NCBI GenBank assembly: GCA_963823665.1
Contig: CAWGMQ010000006.1
Coordinates: forward strand, 512,001-576,000
Source of the DNA: an uncultured Planctomycetota bacterium
GTDB taxonomy: Bacteria > Planctomycetota > Planctomycetia > Isosphaerales > Isosphaeraceae
DNA: 64,000 nt
Direction: 5' to 3'
The notes under the pieces are model-generated. The model was not told the DNA's origin, did no database searches, and saw only the letters and a program-made list of their open reading frames with translations. Of this stretch, positions 18,301 through 30,500 are shown in pieces. The translations under genes and the position numbers were made by a program. Within the stretch, counting starts at the first letter, position 1. Each line of letters begins with the position of its first letter.

Positions 18301-21300
18301 GACGAGACCGTCCAGGGGAACTACATCGGTACAGACGCGACCGGCACCTTTGCCCTGGACACCGACACTTTCACCGGCATCGAGGTCCTCAGCAGCTCCG
18401 ACAACCTGATCGGCGGGACCGCGCCGGGTGCCGGCAACGTCATCTCCGGCACCGCCTATGGCGGCATTATTGTCAGCGACTATTATGGCGGGGGTCAAAA
18501 CCCACAGGTCACGGATGGCAACACAATCCAGGGCAACTTGATCGGACTGAATGCCAGCGGCACGGCCGCTCTCCCTAATGGCTCTGACGGCATTTTTGTC
18601 GGCAACTCTCTAGACACTCAGATCGGCGGCCTGGCGCCGGGGGCTGGCAACGTGATTGCAGGCAGCCAGGCGGTCAGTGTTGGCCCGGGTTATGACTATC
18701 CTGCTGGAAGCAACGGGGATGGCATCCTCGTGCAAGGTTCCGCGCCGGGCATCGCCATCGAGGACAACCGCATTGGCACCGATCTGACTGGCACGGATGC
18801 CCTGCCCAACCAGGGCAGCGGCGTGTACGTAGCGAACACCACGGCCACGATCAGCGGCAACCAGATCGCCGGCAACGGCTACGACGGAATTACCGTCCAG
18901 GGTAGCGGCGCGCCCAACGGCCTGACGGGCTTGTGGTCGGCGGACGGCACCACCTTCGACAGCCAAGAGGACACCGACGGCACTTTGCTCGGCGGCGCGA
19001 CCTACGCCCCGGGAATCTCAGGGCAGGCCTTTTCCTTCGACGGCACGAGCGGTGCCTTCGAGGACAACTCCAATTTTTCGCCGCCGGGCGGCCGGATCCA
19101 GTACCCTTTCGGCGCCACCATGGCGGCCTGGATCAACACCACGGCGGCAAGCGGAACGCTGATGACGGACGGCGGTGGCATTGACACTCAGAGCGGCATG
19201 GGCCTGTTCCTGCAGAACGGCCACCTCGAAGCGATTGGCAGCAAGGGCACCGCCGGCCAGTTCAACTTTGACTTGACCAGCGCGGTGACGGTCAACGACG
19301 GTCAGTGGCACCTGGTCGCCGTCACCTGGGACGGAACCACCTCCGCCGGCGGCGTAACGTTGTACATCGACGGCGCCCAGGTGGCCACCGGCACGGCGCT
19401 AGCGACTCTCGGCAACCTCGGCACCGGCAACGACGGCGCCAGCTCGCTGCTGTATTTCGGCGGCGACCCCAACCTCGCGCTGCCCTATTACAAGGGCTTG
19501 ATGGACGAGGTGGCCGTCTACAGCTCAGCGGTCAGCGCGGCCGACATGGCCACGATGTACAGCGTCCGCGGCGTCGCCGAGTCCGCGAGCGCCGCCACGA
19601 TTACCGGCAACCAGATCGGTACGAACGCGTCCGGCACTGCCGCGCTCGCCAATAGCAACGACGGCATCGATCTCGTCGGCTCCAGCTTCAACGTGGTCGG
19701 CGGCACGACGCCTGCTGCGGCCAACCTGATCTCCGGCAACACGACCGTTGGTATTCAGATCACGGGCGCGGGCGCAACGACCAACGTCGTCGAGGGTAAC
19801 CTGATCGGCACCGGCATCACGGGGACGGTGGCGATTGCCAACGCCACGGGCGTCGAGATCGATACCGGCGCCTCGGGCAACACGATCGGCGGCCTGACCG
19901 CGACGCCCGGCACCGGCGCAGGCAACGTCATCTCGGGCAACATGAACAACGGCGTCGAGATCGACGGCACCGCCACGACCGGCAATGTCGTCGCGGGCAA
20001 CCTGATCGGCACCGACTCAACCGGCACGGTAGCAATCGCCAACGCCACGGGCGTCCAGATCGATACCGGCGCCTCCGGCAACACGATCGGCGGCTCGTCG
20101 GCCCTCTCGCGCAACGTCATCAGCGGAAACACGGGCGACGGAGTTTTTATCACCGAGACCGCGACCGGCAATGCAGTCGAAGGCGACTACATCGGCACCG
20201 ACGTCACGGGCACCCTCGCCCTGCCCAATTTCAACGGCGTCTTGATCGATACCGGCGCCTCCGGCAACACGATCGGCGGCTCGTCGGCCCTGACGCGCAA
20301 CATCATCAGCGGAAACTCGGACGACGGCGTTGTTATCGACGCGACCGGGACTGGCAACAACCTGGTCGCGGGCAATTACATCGGCCTGGGGCCCGACGGG
20401 ACGACGGCCGTCGGCAACGCCTTGGAAGGCGTCTTTGTCGTCAACTCCGGGACCGGCAACACGATCGGCGGCCTCACGTCGACCCCGGGCACGGGGCTCG
20501 GTAACGTCATCGGGAACCAGTTGTCATTTTACAACAGCTACGGGATCGCGCTCCAAGGCAACGCGGCTGTCTCGGTGCTCGGCAACGTCATCGGCCTCAA
20601 CGCGGCGGGGAACGCCGCGCCGAACACCTCCGGCGTCCGGGTGTTCGGGTCGAGCGGCAACGTCATCGGAGGCGGACTCGCCGGCTCGGCCAACGTCCTC
20701 TCGGGAAATGCGGATTACGGGATACTCCTGACCAACGGCTCGGCCTTCAACCTCGTCCAAGGGAATTTGATCGGCACCGACGCGACGGGTACCGTCGAAC
20801 GGAGTAACGGGGGCAGCGGGGTCTATTTGACCACTGGTTCGAACAACAATGTCATCGGCACGAACGGCGATGGCGTCAACGACGCGACCGAGGGAAACGT
20901 CATCGCCGGCACGGCCTATAGCCTCGTAAACCTCGACAGCGTCGGGACGAATAATAACGTGATTGCGGGCAATGCCATCGGCACCGACCGGACCGGTACA
21001 CTGGCAATGGGAGGGACGATCGGCATCCAGGTCAACGCCGGAGTCCAGAACACGCGGATTGGGACCAACGCCGACGGCGTGAGCGACATCGCCGAGAGGA
21101 ACCTGATCAATGGCAATATCTACGGCGTCCAGATCACCGGAACCGGCGCGACCGGCAACACGGTCGCGGGCAACTACATCGGCGTAGCCGCCGACGGCGT
21201 GACGGCGCGGGGGAATACGAGCTATGGCGTCTTGATCCAGGGTGGCGCAACGGGCAACACGATCGGCGGGCTGACGAGCACGCCCGGCACCGAGGCGGGG

Positions 21301-24300
21301 AACGTCATCTCGGGGAATACCGGCGCAGGAATCACCATCAGCGATACCGGTACGTCCGGTAATGCGGTCGAAGGCAACCTCATCGGCACGAAGGCCGGCG
21401 GCACCTCAGCACTGGCGAACAGTACCGACGGGGTGCTGATCCAGACCAACGCCTCGAGCAATACGATCGGCGGCACCGCGGCCGGCGCGGGCAACGTCAT
21501 CTCGGGCGACACGACCAACGGCGTGGAAATCACGGGAACGGGAACATCGAGTAACGTCGTCGAGGGTGACTACATCGGCACCGACTTGACGGGCACGGTG
21601 GCGATCGCCAATGCCACGGGCGTCGAGATCGATACCAGCGCCTCGGGCAACACGATCGGCGGCAGCGCCGCGGCTGCGCGCAATATCATTTCCGGGAACT
21701 CGTACGGGGTCACTCTGAATGACACAACGAGCGACGCTGTCGAGGGTAACTTTATCGGCACGGACCTGACGGGTTCAATCGCCGTTGCGAATGGCATCGG
21801 CGTTCTGATCTGGGCCAGCGCCACGGGCAACACCATTGGCGGGCCCGCCACGATGACCGGCACCGCACCGGGTAATGTGATTTCAGGCAATTCGGGACCG
21901 GGCATTTTCTTCGACAACAACGTTGCCAGCACCGGTGACCTGGTTGAAGGAAACCTGATCGGCACCAATGCCGCCGGCACGGCGGCGCTGGGCAACGGCG
22001 TCGGAAACGGCGGCATTTACATCCTGAGCGATGGCAGCGCCACGCATGAAACGATCGGCGGCACGGCGGCCGCCGACCGCAATGTGATCAGTGGCAACAA
22101 TGGCGCGGGCATCGACATCCTGAACGACAACAGCAACCTGATCGAGGGCAACTACGTCGGCCTCGACATCACGGGCGCGTCGGCGGTACCGAATCTGGAC
22201 CAAGGCATTCAAATCGTCGGGTCGAACGATAATACCGTCGGCGGCACGGCGCCCGGCGCCGGCAATGTCATCAGCGGAAACCGGTACAACGCCACTGCGG
22301 GCCAGCAAGTGGTGATCAACGACGAAAACTTGGCGACGCAAACCGCTTCAGGCAACCTCGTTCAAGGGAATTTGATAGGAACGAATGCGGCTGATACCGG
22401 TCTGCCGTCGGGAATGAGCTTCGACTACGACGGGACCGGTGTGGAAATCCTCGGCTGTGCCACCGGCAATACCATCGGCGGGACGACAGCGGGGGCCGCC
22501 AACGTGATCGCCGGCAATGCCACGGGCGTCTTTATTGGCTCCGTGGGATTTCTGGCTGGAGGTACAACTTCCGGCAACGTCGTCGAGGGGAACGATATTG
22601 GCGTCGAGGCGAATGGAACCACCGCACTGGCCAACACGGTGGGCGTCTTGATCCAGTCGGGCGCGGGCAATTCCTTGACCGACGACAACACCTTGGGCGG
22701 AGCCACGGCCGTGGCCGCGAACATCATCAGCGGCAATACCACATTTGGAATCGAAATCTCCGGCAGCACCGCGACCGGGAATGTCGTCGAGGGTGACTAC
22801 ATCGGCACCGACCTGACGGGCACTGTGGCGATTGCCAATGGAACGGGCGTCGAAATCGATACGAGCGCCACGGGCAATACGATCGGTGGTCTCACGAGCA
22901 CCGCCGGCACCGGCGCGGGCAACGTCATCTCGGGTAATAGCAACTACGGTGTCTGGGTCGTCGCCGCAACTTCGAACGCCATCGAAGGCAACCTGATCGG
23001 CACCGGCGCCACGGGTACGGTCGCGGTCGCCAATGGGCTTTTCGGAGTCAATGCCGATACGGGGGCCAATAACACGACCGTCGGTGGGACCGTCGCCGGC
23101 GCGGGCAATGTGATCAGCGGCAACACGAGCTACGGGGTCGTAATCAACTCGTCCGGCAGCCTCGTCGCCGGCAACCTTATCGGGTTGAATCGCGCCGGGA
23201 CCACGGCGGTGGCGAACCTGTCGAGCGGGATCAAGCTTGTCGGGGCGAACAACACCGTCGGCGGTATCACCGCCGTTGCCCGCAACGTCGTTAGTGGCAA
23301 CACGCAGAATGGGATCTTGGTCACGGGCGTCGGGGCGACGGGGAACCTGATCGAGGGGAACTACGTCGGTACCAATGCCGTCGGCAGCGCTGCCGTTCCC
23401 AACAATTCCGTCGCCTCGTACCGGGGCATCCTCATCAACTCCGGGGCCCAAAACACCACAGTCGGCGGCAGCACCGCCGGCGCGGGCAATCTCCTGTCGG
23501 GGAACCTCGGTTGGGGTCTTGAAGTCGACGGCCCAGTGACCGCCAACACGGTGATCCAGGGCAACCTGATCGGTACCGACGCCACCGGAACCTTCGCCGT
23601 CGGGAACGGCTTCAGCGGCGGTATCATCATTTACCGTGCGATTAGTACGACGATCGGTGGGACGACCGCAGCCGCGCGAAACCTCGTCTCGGGCAACCAA
23701 TCCGCCGGAATCCTTGCTGAAGGAACGGGCTTGTCCCAGTTGCTCATCGAGGGCAATTACATCGGTACCAACTCCGCCGGCAGCGCCGCGATCCCCAACA
23801 ACGACACCGGGGTGTACGTCGAGGATCTGGCGGCGAACGTGACGATCGGAAGTGCCGTGGCGGGCGGGGGCAACCTCATCAGCGGTAACGGTTACTGCGG
23901 GATCTATGTGACAAATCAAGATGGTGTCGGAGTCGCGACGAACGTCGTCATTCAGAACAACTCGATCGGCACCAACGCTTCTGGCACCGGCGCTATACCG
24001 AACCTCGCGGGCGCCGTCGGAGGAACCGGCGTGTACGCTGGTTCCGGGGTCATTATCTACAACGTGCCGAACGTCGTCGTTGGCGGATCTTCTGCCAACA
24101 CTCGCAACCTTATCTCAGGCAACGCGGCATACGGAGTCGCGATCTCCGGCTCCGCCTCCACGGGGAACCAGATTTTCGGCAATTTCATTGGCTCAGACGT
24201 CTCAGGCACTGTGTCGCTCGGTAACGCGACCGGCGTCATCATCCAAAGTGGAGCGACAAGCGACACCATCGGCGGCACGGCCGTCGGCGCGGGCAACCTG

Positions 24301-24546
24301 ATCTCCGGCAACACAACCTTTGGTGTTCAGATCACGGGTGCGGGCGCAACGAGCAACGTCGTCGAGGGGAACCTGATCGGCACGGGCATCACGGGGACGG
24401 TGGCAATCGCCAACGCCACGGGCGTCGAGCTCGATACCGGCGCCACCGGCAACACGATCGGCGGCACGTCGGCCGGGCGCGAAATCTCATTTCGGGGAAC
24501 CTCTCCTATGGCGTGTCAACCGATACCACCGCGGGGGCAAACGTAA
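15352..24546 (+). CDS. Giant extracellular beta-helix repeat protein, part 1 of 3 (export motif, right-handed beta-helix repeats, LamG-like domain)
   Basis: Arg-rich leader ending LEKRMMLA; GSLRQAI cap; dozens of NTIGGT..AGNLISGN..GNLIGTD repeats; LamG-like insert near 18910-19580 (AAWINTT, DGQWHLVAVTWD, LYIDG, GLMDEVAVY). Confidence 0.9.
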   Translation: MSTPHDQGASAFHDDDRRGRRMNRRRRDAAKRKKRSPFKPFFHTLEKRMMLATFLVSTAADSGAGSLRQAILNSNAAPGSNTIDFGIGTGAQTISLLSALPNITVPVLIDGTTQPGYTTAPLIDLDGTGAGSSASGLDLAAGSGGSTIRALVIDNFAADGIVITTTGNIVQRSYIGTNAAGTAVGSQAMTYGIVDTAGSNNTIGGTTAGAGNLISGNSEGILLQNALASDNLVVGNLIGTDITGKVALPNLQGVGVFGAPGNTIGGTTSGAANLVSGNSNFGVVISGGQSTGNIIAGNKIGTDITGTLALSDSHGVEIANGATNNTVGGLTGTPGTGAGNLISGNTAAGVYMGMESGNVVAGNLIGTDITGAHALSNDFGVYFDIDTTNNTVGGTAAGAGNLISGNVDGIDNATTDVIAGNKIGTDITGTVALPNTTFGVILVSNSTIGGTAAGAGNLISGNKTGILAFGGANLIEGNLVGTNATGLTALGNTQDGIDVKSSAETIGGTAAGAGNTIAFNTDDAVNVITGTGDAILENLIYRNGSGIVLASGANNNQIAPVITGVTSEATAATASQTSISVDLTAAGFTSGSTYSLDFFASGLGDPSSGVQAHVYLGTQTFTGGATGNVMFTLPMPLLSATETVTATATLLAGSTFTDTSSSATAAAVAEISNITVTTTAATGVGSLEQAILDANADTTLPMPYTITFAITPGSAPFTITLPSGGLTSLTRSVALDATSQSGYTGSPIIVLNGTGVSGSGLVLSTGSDGSLVRGFDIIDFTRLGMDGIDIDSSGNAVQASYVGVQTGGSTSAEDKDGVLINGSNNTIGGTTPHAGNLISGNNNPAGTTEGIGVEINGSSATGNTVEGNLIGTDITGILDLPNYIGVYIATSASGNTIGGSTAAARNVISGNTVDGVFVDLAGGNLIEGNLIGTDVTGSVALGNLGDGVELQGSNNDTVGGTTAAARNVISASGQFNLYIVYSADETVQGNYIGTDATGTFALDTDTFTGIEVLSSSDNLIGGTAPGAGNVISGTAYGGIIVSDYYGGGQNPQVTDGNTIQGNLIGLNASGTAALPNGSDGIFVGNSLDTQIGGLAPGAGNVIAGSQAVSVGPGYDYPAGSNGDGILVQGSAPGIAIEDNRIGTDLTGTDALPNQGSGVYVANTTATISGNQIAGNGYDGITVQGSGAPNGLTGLWSADGTTFDSQEDTDGTLLGGATYAPGISGQAFSFDGTSGAFEDNSNFSPPGGRIQYPFGATMAAWINTTAASGTLMTDGGGIDTQSGMGLFLQNGHLEAIGSKGTAGQFNFDLTSAVTVNDGQWHLVAVTWDGTTSAGGVTLYIDGAQVATGTALATLGNLGTGNDGASSLLYFGGDPNLALPYYKGLMDEVAVYSSAVSAADMATMYSVRGVAESASAATITGNQIGTNASGTAALANSNDGIDLVGSSFNVVGGTTPAAANLISGNTTVGIQITGAGATTNVVEGNLIGTGITGTVAIANATGVEIDTGASGNTIGGLTATPGTGAGNVISGNMNNGVEIDGTATTGNVVAGNLIGTDSTGTVAIANATGVQIDTGASGNTIGGSSALSRNVISGNTGDGVFITETATGNAVEGDYIGTDVTGTLALPNFNGVLIDTGASGNTIGGSSALTRNIISGNSDDGVVIDATGTGNNLVAGNYIGLGPDGTTAVGNALEGVFVVNSGTGNTIGGLTSTPGTGLGNVIGNQLSFYNSYGIALQGNAAVSVLGNVIGLNAAGNAAPNTSGVRVFGSSGNVIGGGLAGSANVLSGNADYGILLTNGSAFNLVQGNLIGTDATGTVERSNGGSGVYLTTGSNNNVIGTNGDGVNDATEGNVIAGTAYSLVNLDSVGTNNNVIAGNAIGTDRTGTLAMGGTIGIQVNAGVQNTRIGTNADGVSDIAERNLINGNIYGVQITGTGATGNTVAGNYIGVAADGVTARGNTSYGVLIQGGATGNTIGGLTSTPGTEAGNVISGNTGAGITISDTGTSGNAVEGNLIGTKAGGTSALANSTDGVLIQTNASSNTIGGTAAGAGNVISGDTTNGVEITGTGTSSNVVEGDYIGTDLTGTVAIANATGVEIDTSASGNTIGGSAAAARNIISGNSYGVTLNDTTSDAVEGNFIGTDLTGSIAVANGIGVLIWASATGNTIGGPATMTGTAPGNVISGNSGPGIFFDNNVASTGDLVEGNLIGTNAAGTAALGNGVGNGGIYILSDGSATHETIGGTAAADRNVISGNNGAGIDILNDNSNLIEGNYVGLDITGASAVPNLDQGIQIVGSNDNTVGGTAPGAGNVISGNRYNATAGQQVVINDENLATQTASGNLVQGNLIGTNAADTGLPSGMSFDYDGTGVEILGCATGNTIGGTTAGAANVIAGNATGVFIGSVGFLAGGTTSGNVVEGNDIGVEANGTTALANTVGVLIQSGAGNSLTDDNTLGGATAVAANIISGNTTFGIEISGSTATGNVVEGDYIGTDLTGTVAIANGTGVEIDTSATGNTIGGLTSTAGTGAGNVISGNSNYGVWVVAATSNAIEGNLIGTGATGTVAVANGLFGVNADTGANNTTVGGTVAGAGNVISGNTSYGVVINSSGSLVAGNLIGLNRAGTTAVANLSSGIKLVGANNTVGGITAVARNVVSGNTQNGILVTGVGATGNLIEGNYVGTNAVGSAAVPNNSVASYRGILINSGAQNTTVGGSTAGAGNLLSGNLGWGLEVDGPVTANTVIQGNLIGTDATGTFAVGNGFSGGIIIYRAISTTIGGTTAAARNLVSGNQSAGILAEGTGLSQLLIEGNYIGTNSAGSAAIPNNDTGVYVEDLAANVTIGSAVAGGGNLISGNGYCGIYVTNQDGVGVATNVVIQNNSIGTNASGTGAIPNLAGAVGGTGVYAGSGVIIYNVPNVVVGGSSANTRNLISGNAAYGVAISGSASTGNQIFGNFIGSDVSGTVSLGNATGVIIQSGATSDTIGGTAVGAGNLISGNTTFGVQITGAGATSNVVEGNLIGTGITGTVAIANATGVELDTGATGNTIGGTSAGREISFRGTSPMACQPIPPRGQT

Positions 24547-27500
24547 TCGAGGGCGACTACATCGGCACCGATGCGACCGGAAATGTCGGGTTGTCCGATG
24601 GGACCGGGATCGACATCGCCTCGGCGGGCAATACCATCGGCGGCACCGCGTCGGGCGCGGCAAACGTGATCGCCGGGAATGACGGCACGGGCTACTCCAC
24701 CGCCGGTACGCAAATATTCCTGGACACTTCCGCGAGTGACAACCTGGTTCAGGGGAATTACATTGGCCTCGGAGCCGACGGCCTTGCCCTGGCCGGCGCG
24801 ACCGGCTCCGGCGTGTATATCAACCATGCGACTGGAGAGACGATCGGCGGCGTCACGGCCGCGGCCCGGAACGTGATCTCGGGAAATTCAGGGGCTGGTG
24901 TTGAGATATTGGGCGGCTCCGACAACCTGATCGCGGGCGACTATATCGGCACCGATCCGACGGGCACTACAGCCATCGGCAACGGCCCACTGAACTCAAA
25001 CAATGACGTCGCGATCGGAGGCGGCGCGACGAACAACACCGTGGGCGGCACGACATCCGGCGCCCGCAACATCATCTCCGCCGGTGGATTCGGCGTCTAC
25101 GTCTTTGGTCCGGCAACGACGGAGAACCTCGTCGAGGGCAACTACATTGGCACGGACAGCACGGGCACCGTGGCCCTGGCCAACGTCGTCGGAGTTGGTC
25201 TCTCCTCGTCAGGTGGCGGCAACACGATCGGCGGCGCGACCTCCACGCCCGGGACGGGAGCGGGCAATCTCATCGCGGGTAACAGCGACCAAGCCGTGGG
25301 ACTTGGCTCGGAGCCCGACGGGGACGTGATCCTGGGCAACGTGATCGGTGGAGTTGCCATACCGGGCGTCGGCACGTCGCCGGAAAACTTGATCGGCATC
25401 GGGGTGGGGGGCAGCACCGGCTTCGAGATCGGCGGCACGAGCCCGCAAGACGAGAATGTCATCTCGGGCAACACGGCCTATGGGGTGGAGATCTCCGGCA
25501 GCTCAAACAGTCTTGTCCAGGGTAACCTGATCGGCACCAACCTCCCCGGAAGCTCTGCCGTGCCCAACCAGATCGGCGTCTTGATCGAGGGCGGCTCGAC
25601 AAACATCACGATCGGCGGCACCACCGGCTCGCCCGCCAACGTGATCTCGGGCAACACGATCTACGGGTTACAGATCACGGGTGCGGGCACATCGAGCAAC
25701 GTCGTCGAGGGTGACTACATCGGTACCGACGTCACAGGCGCGATGGCGATTGCCAACGGCACGGGTGTCGAGATCGAAGTCGGCGCATCGGACAACACGA
25801 TCGGCGGCCTGACCACGACGCCGGGCGCCGGGGTGGGCAACGTGATCTCGGGCAACTCCAATAACGGGGTCTACTTGAGCGATGCCGGAACGGCCTCCAA
25901 CGCCATCGAAGGGAACCTCATCGGGACCGACGCAACCGGGTCCGCGCCGCTGGGGAACGTGGGCGACGGCGTCGCCGTGGAGGCCGGCGCGACCGGGGCC
26001 ATCATTGGCGGGGCGACCGCGGGCGCGGGCAACGTCATCTCGAACAACAGCAACTACGGCGTCTACATCGACGCGAGCGGGGCCGTAGTCCAGGGTAACT
26101 TGATCGGCCTCGATTCAAGCGGCGTCAATGTCATGGGCAACTCTTACGGGGTCGGTATCGGTGCGAACGGCGTCACCGTCGGCGGCACGACCGCGCTCGC
26201 GCGGAACGTGATCGCGGCGAGCGCCGTGGACGGCGTCTTGATCGGGTCGAGCTCCGTCCTGGTCGAAGGGAACTTTATCGGGACCGACGCCTCGGGAGCT
26301 CATGCCCGGGGGAACAACCAAGGCATCGTCACCAACATCGGGGGCAGCAACACCATCGGCGGCACCGTGACCGGCGCGGGAAACCTGGTCTCCGGCAACA
26401 CCACCGATGGCATCGACTTGGATTTGTCCAACAGCAACCTCGTTGTCGGCAACTTGGTCGGTACAGACTCGACCGGAAATCTCCGGCTGGGCAACGAGTA
26501 CGGACTGGCGGTATTCGGGTCGAGCAACACAATCGGCGGACTGACCGGCGCCAGCGCCGGGAACGTGGTCTCTGCCAACCTCTTCGACGGCATCATCATC
26601 GCCTCGGGCACCGGCAACCTGATCGAGGGGAACGACGTCGGGACCAACGCGGCCGGCACCGCCGCACTGGGCAACGGGGCCTTGGGCGCCATCGATGTCC
26701 AGAGCGGCCCGAACACCGTCGGCGGCACGACCGCCGGGGCCGGCAACCTCGTCTCGGGCAACCTCTCGGACGGCATCATCCTCACGAGTTCCGCAAGCGC
26801 TGTCCTGGTTGCGGGCAACATCGTGGGCTTGAGCGCCTCCGGCAACGCCGCGATCGGCAATGTCCTCGGCATCGAGATCGACGGGTCGAACAACACGATC
26901 GGCGGCACCACCTCCGGCGCCGGCAACGTCATCTCGGGGAACACCGGCGCCGGCGTCGAGTTAAACGGCGCGGGGGCGTCTGCCAACGTTGTGGTGGGCG
27001 ATGATATTGGCACCAATGCCGCGGGCACCGCCGCCTTCGGCAATGGCAGCGACGGTGTGGAGATCACCAACAGCGCCACGGGCGACACGATCGGCGGCAC
27101 GACGGCTGGGGCGGGCAACGTCATCTCCGGCAACACAGGCGACGGCGTCGAGATCACCGGCACCGGCACGACCGGCAACCTCGTCGCGGGCAACTTGATC
27201 GGCACCGACTCAAGCGGCACGGCGGCGCTGGGTAACCTCGTTGCCGGCGTAGAGATCGACACGGGCGCCTCGGCCAACTTGATCGGCGGCACTACGGCTT
27301 CGGCCCGTAACATCATCTCCGCCAACGGCTATTCCGGTGTGCAGATCTACGAGGCGAACGACAACCTCGTCGAGGGCAACTACGTCGGCACCGATAAGAC
27401 CGGGACTATCGCCTTAGGCAACAACGTGGGCTCCGGGGCATTTGGCGACGGTTTCGGCGGCGTCACGCTTGACGGTGGTTCTTCCGGCAATACGATCGGC

Positions 27501-30500
27501 GGCCTCACCGCGACCCCGGGCTCGGGCGCCGGTAACGTCATCTCCGGGAACATCTTCGCGGGAGTGTTATTGTACTTCGCCGGATCCGACAATTTAGTGG
27601 CCGGCAATCTGATCGGCACTGACTCGACCGGCGGCGTTGCCCTGGGAAACCTCATCGATCCCCTATTGAACTATGGCGGGGCCGGCGTCGGTGTTGAGTA
27701 CTCGAGCGACACCACCGTGGGTGAGCTGGGCGGGCGTAACGTGATCTCGGGCAACGGCCCCGGCACCGTCGACGGTACCAACGTTTACCTGTTGAGCTCC
27801 ACCGGAAGCGTTGTCCAGAGCAACTTTATCGGTACCGACATCACCGGGACCGTCGCCCTCTCCACCAATACATTGAACGGCGTCTATTTCCAATACGGGT
27901 CGTATACGATCGGCGGACTCACGCCGACGCCGGGCACGGGACTGGGCAACGTCATCTCGGGCAATTCGATCGGCATTTATTACTCGGGCGATACCGTGCC
28001 CGACGGCGTCAACATCGAAGGCAACATCATCGGCGCCGATGCGACCGGTACGCACGAGCTGCCAAACCCCAATGGGGGCATGATTTTCTATCAGGTCAGC
28101 CTTGTCACGATCGGCGGCACCGCGGCCGGCGCGGGGAACCTGATCTCGGGAGATAATCGCCCCGGCAGCGAGGGCGACATCTACCTGGATGATTCGACGG
28201 ATAACGCGGTCAAGGGCAACTTCATCGGCACCGACATCACGGGCAAGTTCGGCCTACAGGCCCTGCCAGGCGATCAGAACGGCATCGGCGTGAACATCGG
28301 ACTCGGATCGACGGATAACACCATCGGCGGCATCACCGCGGCGGATCGGAATATCATTTCCGGCGTGGTCAACGGCCCCGGCGTCTACATTTTCGGCACC
28401 GGCACAACGGGCAACACGGTCGAAGGTAACTTCATCGGCACCGACTTGACGGGCAGTGTCGCGATTGCCAACGCAGTCGGCGTTGAGATCGAAACGGGGG
28501 CGAGCGGCAACCTGATCGGCGGCACAGCCGCCGGCGCGGGCAACGTCATCTCGGGGAACGCTGTCGACGGTATCGATATCGGCGGCACGGCGACGTCTGG
28601 AAACGTGGTGGCCGGCAATGACATCGGTACCGACGTCACGGGCACGGTCGCGCTGGGCAACCTGGCTGACGGCGTGGTGATTGACACGGGTGCATCGGGC
28701 AACTTGATCGGCGGAACAACGGCCTCGGCCCGCAACATCATCGCCGCCAACGATGGTTCCGGCGTGGAGATCGACGACGCGAACGACAACCAGGTCGAAG
28801 GCAATTACGTCGGCACCGACAAGACCGGGACCGTCGGGCTGGGCAACAACCAGATCTTGAAGAACATCGCCGACGGCGGCATCTCGCTCGAAAACGGCGC
28901 TGCCGGCAACACCATCGGCGGACTCACCGCGACCCCGGGCACCGGCGCGGGGAACCTCGTCTCGGACAACGCCAACGGGGGGGTGGTACTCAACTACGCG
29001 GGATCGAACAATTTGGTGGCCGGCAACCTGATCGGCACCGACTCGACCGGCACGGTTGCTCTTGGCAACCTCCCCGACACCCCCGCGCTTTACGGCGGGT
29101 ATGGCGTCGACCTCAACTACTCGCCCGGCAACACGGTGGGTGAGCCGGGCGGGCGCAACGTGATCTCCGGCAACGGCGCCGTCGGCCCCGGCATCACCAA
29201 CACCGCCAACGTCATCGTGTATTACTCGTCCGGCAGCGCGGTCCAGAGCAACTTTATCGGCACCGACATCTCCGGGACCGTCGCCATCTCCAGCAACACC
29301 TACAACATGTACGTCGGAGGAGGGTCGTCGATCACGATCGGCGGAATCACACCGACGCCGGGCACGGGATTGGGCAACGTCATCTCGGGCAATAGCGGCG
29401 AGTTTGGCCTGGGTATCGCGGGCGTCACCGGGCCCGTCGTCGTCGAAGGCAACATCATCGGCGCCGATGCGAGCGGCGAGCACGAGCTGCCGAACGCGGT
29501 GTCGGGCGTCTTTCTCTCTCAGGCCAGCGGCGTCACGATCGGCGGGGCCGCGGCCGGCGCGGGAAACCTGATCTCGGGAGATAATCGATATGGGAACGAG
29601 GGTAACATCTTCCTGGATGATTCATCGGATAACGCGGTTGAGGGCAACCTGATCGGCACCGACATCACCGGCGAAGCTCGGCTACCTGCCCTCTCGGGCG
29701 ATGTGTACGGCACCGGAGTGATCATCGCCGACGGATCAAGCGGTAACACCGTCGGCGGCACAACGGCAGCGGCCCGGAACATCATCTCGGGAATCGACGG
29801 CCCGGGCGTCTACATCGGTGCGGAATTCGTCCCTGGCTCGGTCTCGTCCGGCAACGTCGTCCTAGGCAATTACATCGGCACCGACGCCGCGGAGACCACC
29901 GCCCTAGCCAACGACGGCGATGGCGTGGAGATCGCGACCGGCGCCACGGGCAACACGATCGGCGGCACCGTGGCCGGAGCGGGCAATGTGATTTCGGGCA
30001 ACACGAACGACGGCGTAGAAATCTCGGGCACGGGTACATCGGGTAACGCCGTCGATGGTGACTTCATCGGCACTGACGTGACAGGCACGGTGGCGATTGC
30101 CAACGCCACGGGCGTCGAGCTCGATGCCGGCGCCTCCGGCAACGCGATCGGCAGCATAACCGCTGGCGCGGGTAATACGATCGCGGACAACACGGGTGAC
30201 GGCGTGCAGGTCGTCGGCAACGGCACGACCGGCAACCCGATCCGTGGTAACTCGATTTTCGGCAACGGCGTCCTGGGCATCGAGCTCGGCACGAGTGGGG
30301 TGCCCTCGACCAACGTTCTCGGTGGATCGACGAGCGGGCCGAACAATGACGAGAACTACCCTGTCCTCACGATCGTGAGCTACACGCCCGGCGTCGGCAC
30401 GACCATCGCCGGCGATATCAACACCGCGCCGAACACCACTGTCTTCGTCGATTTTTACACCGATGCAGTCGAGGGCCAAGGAGGCTACGGCCAGGGCCAG

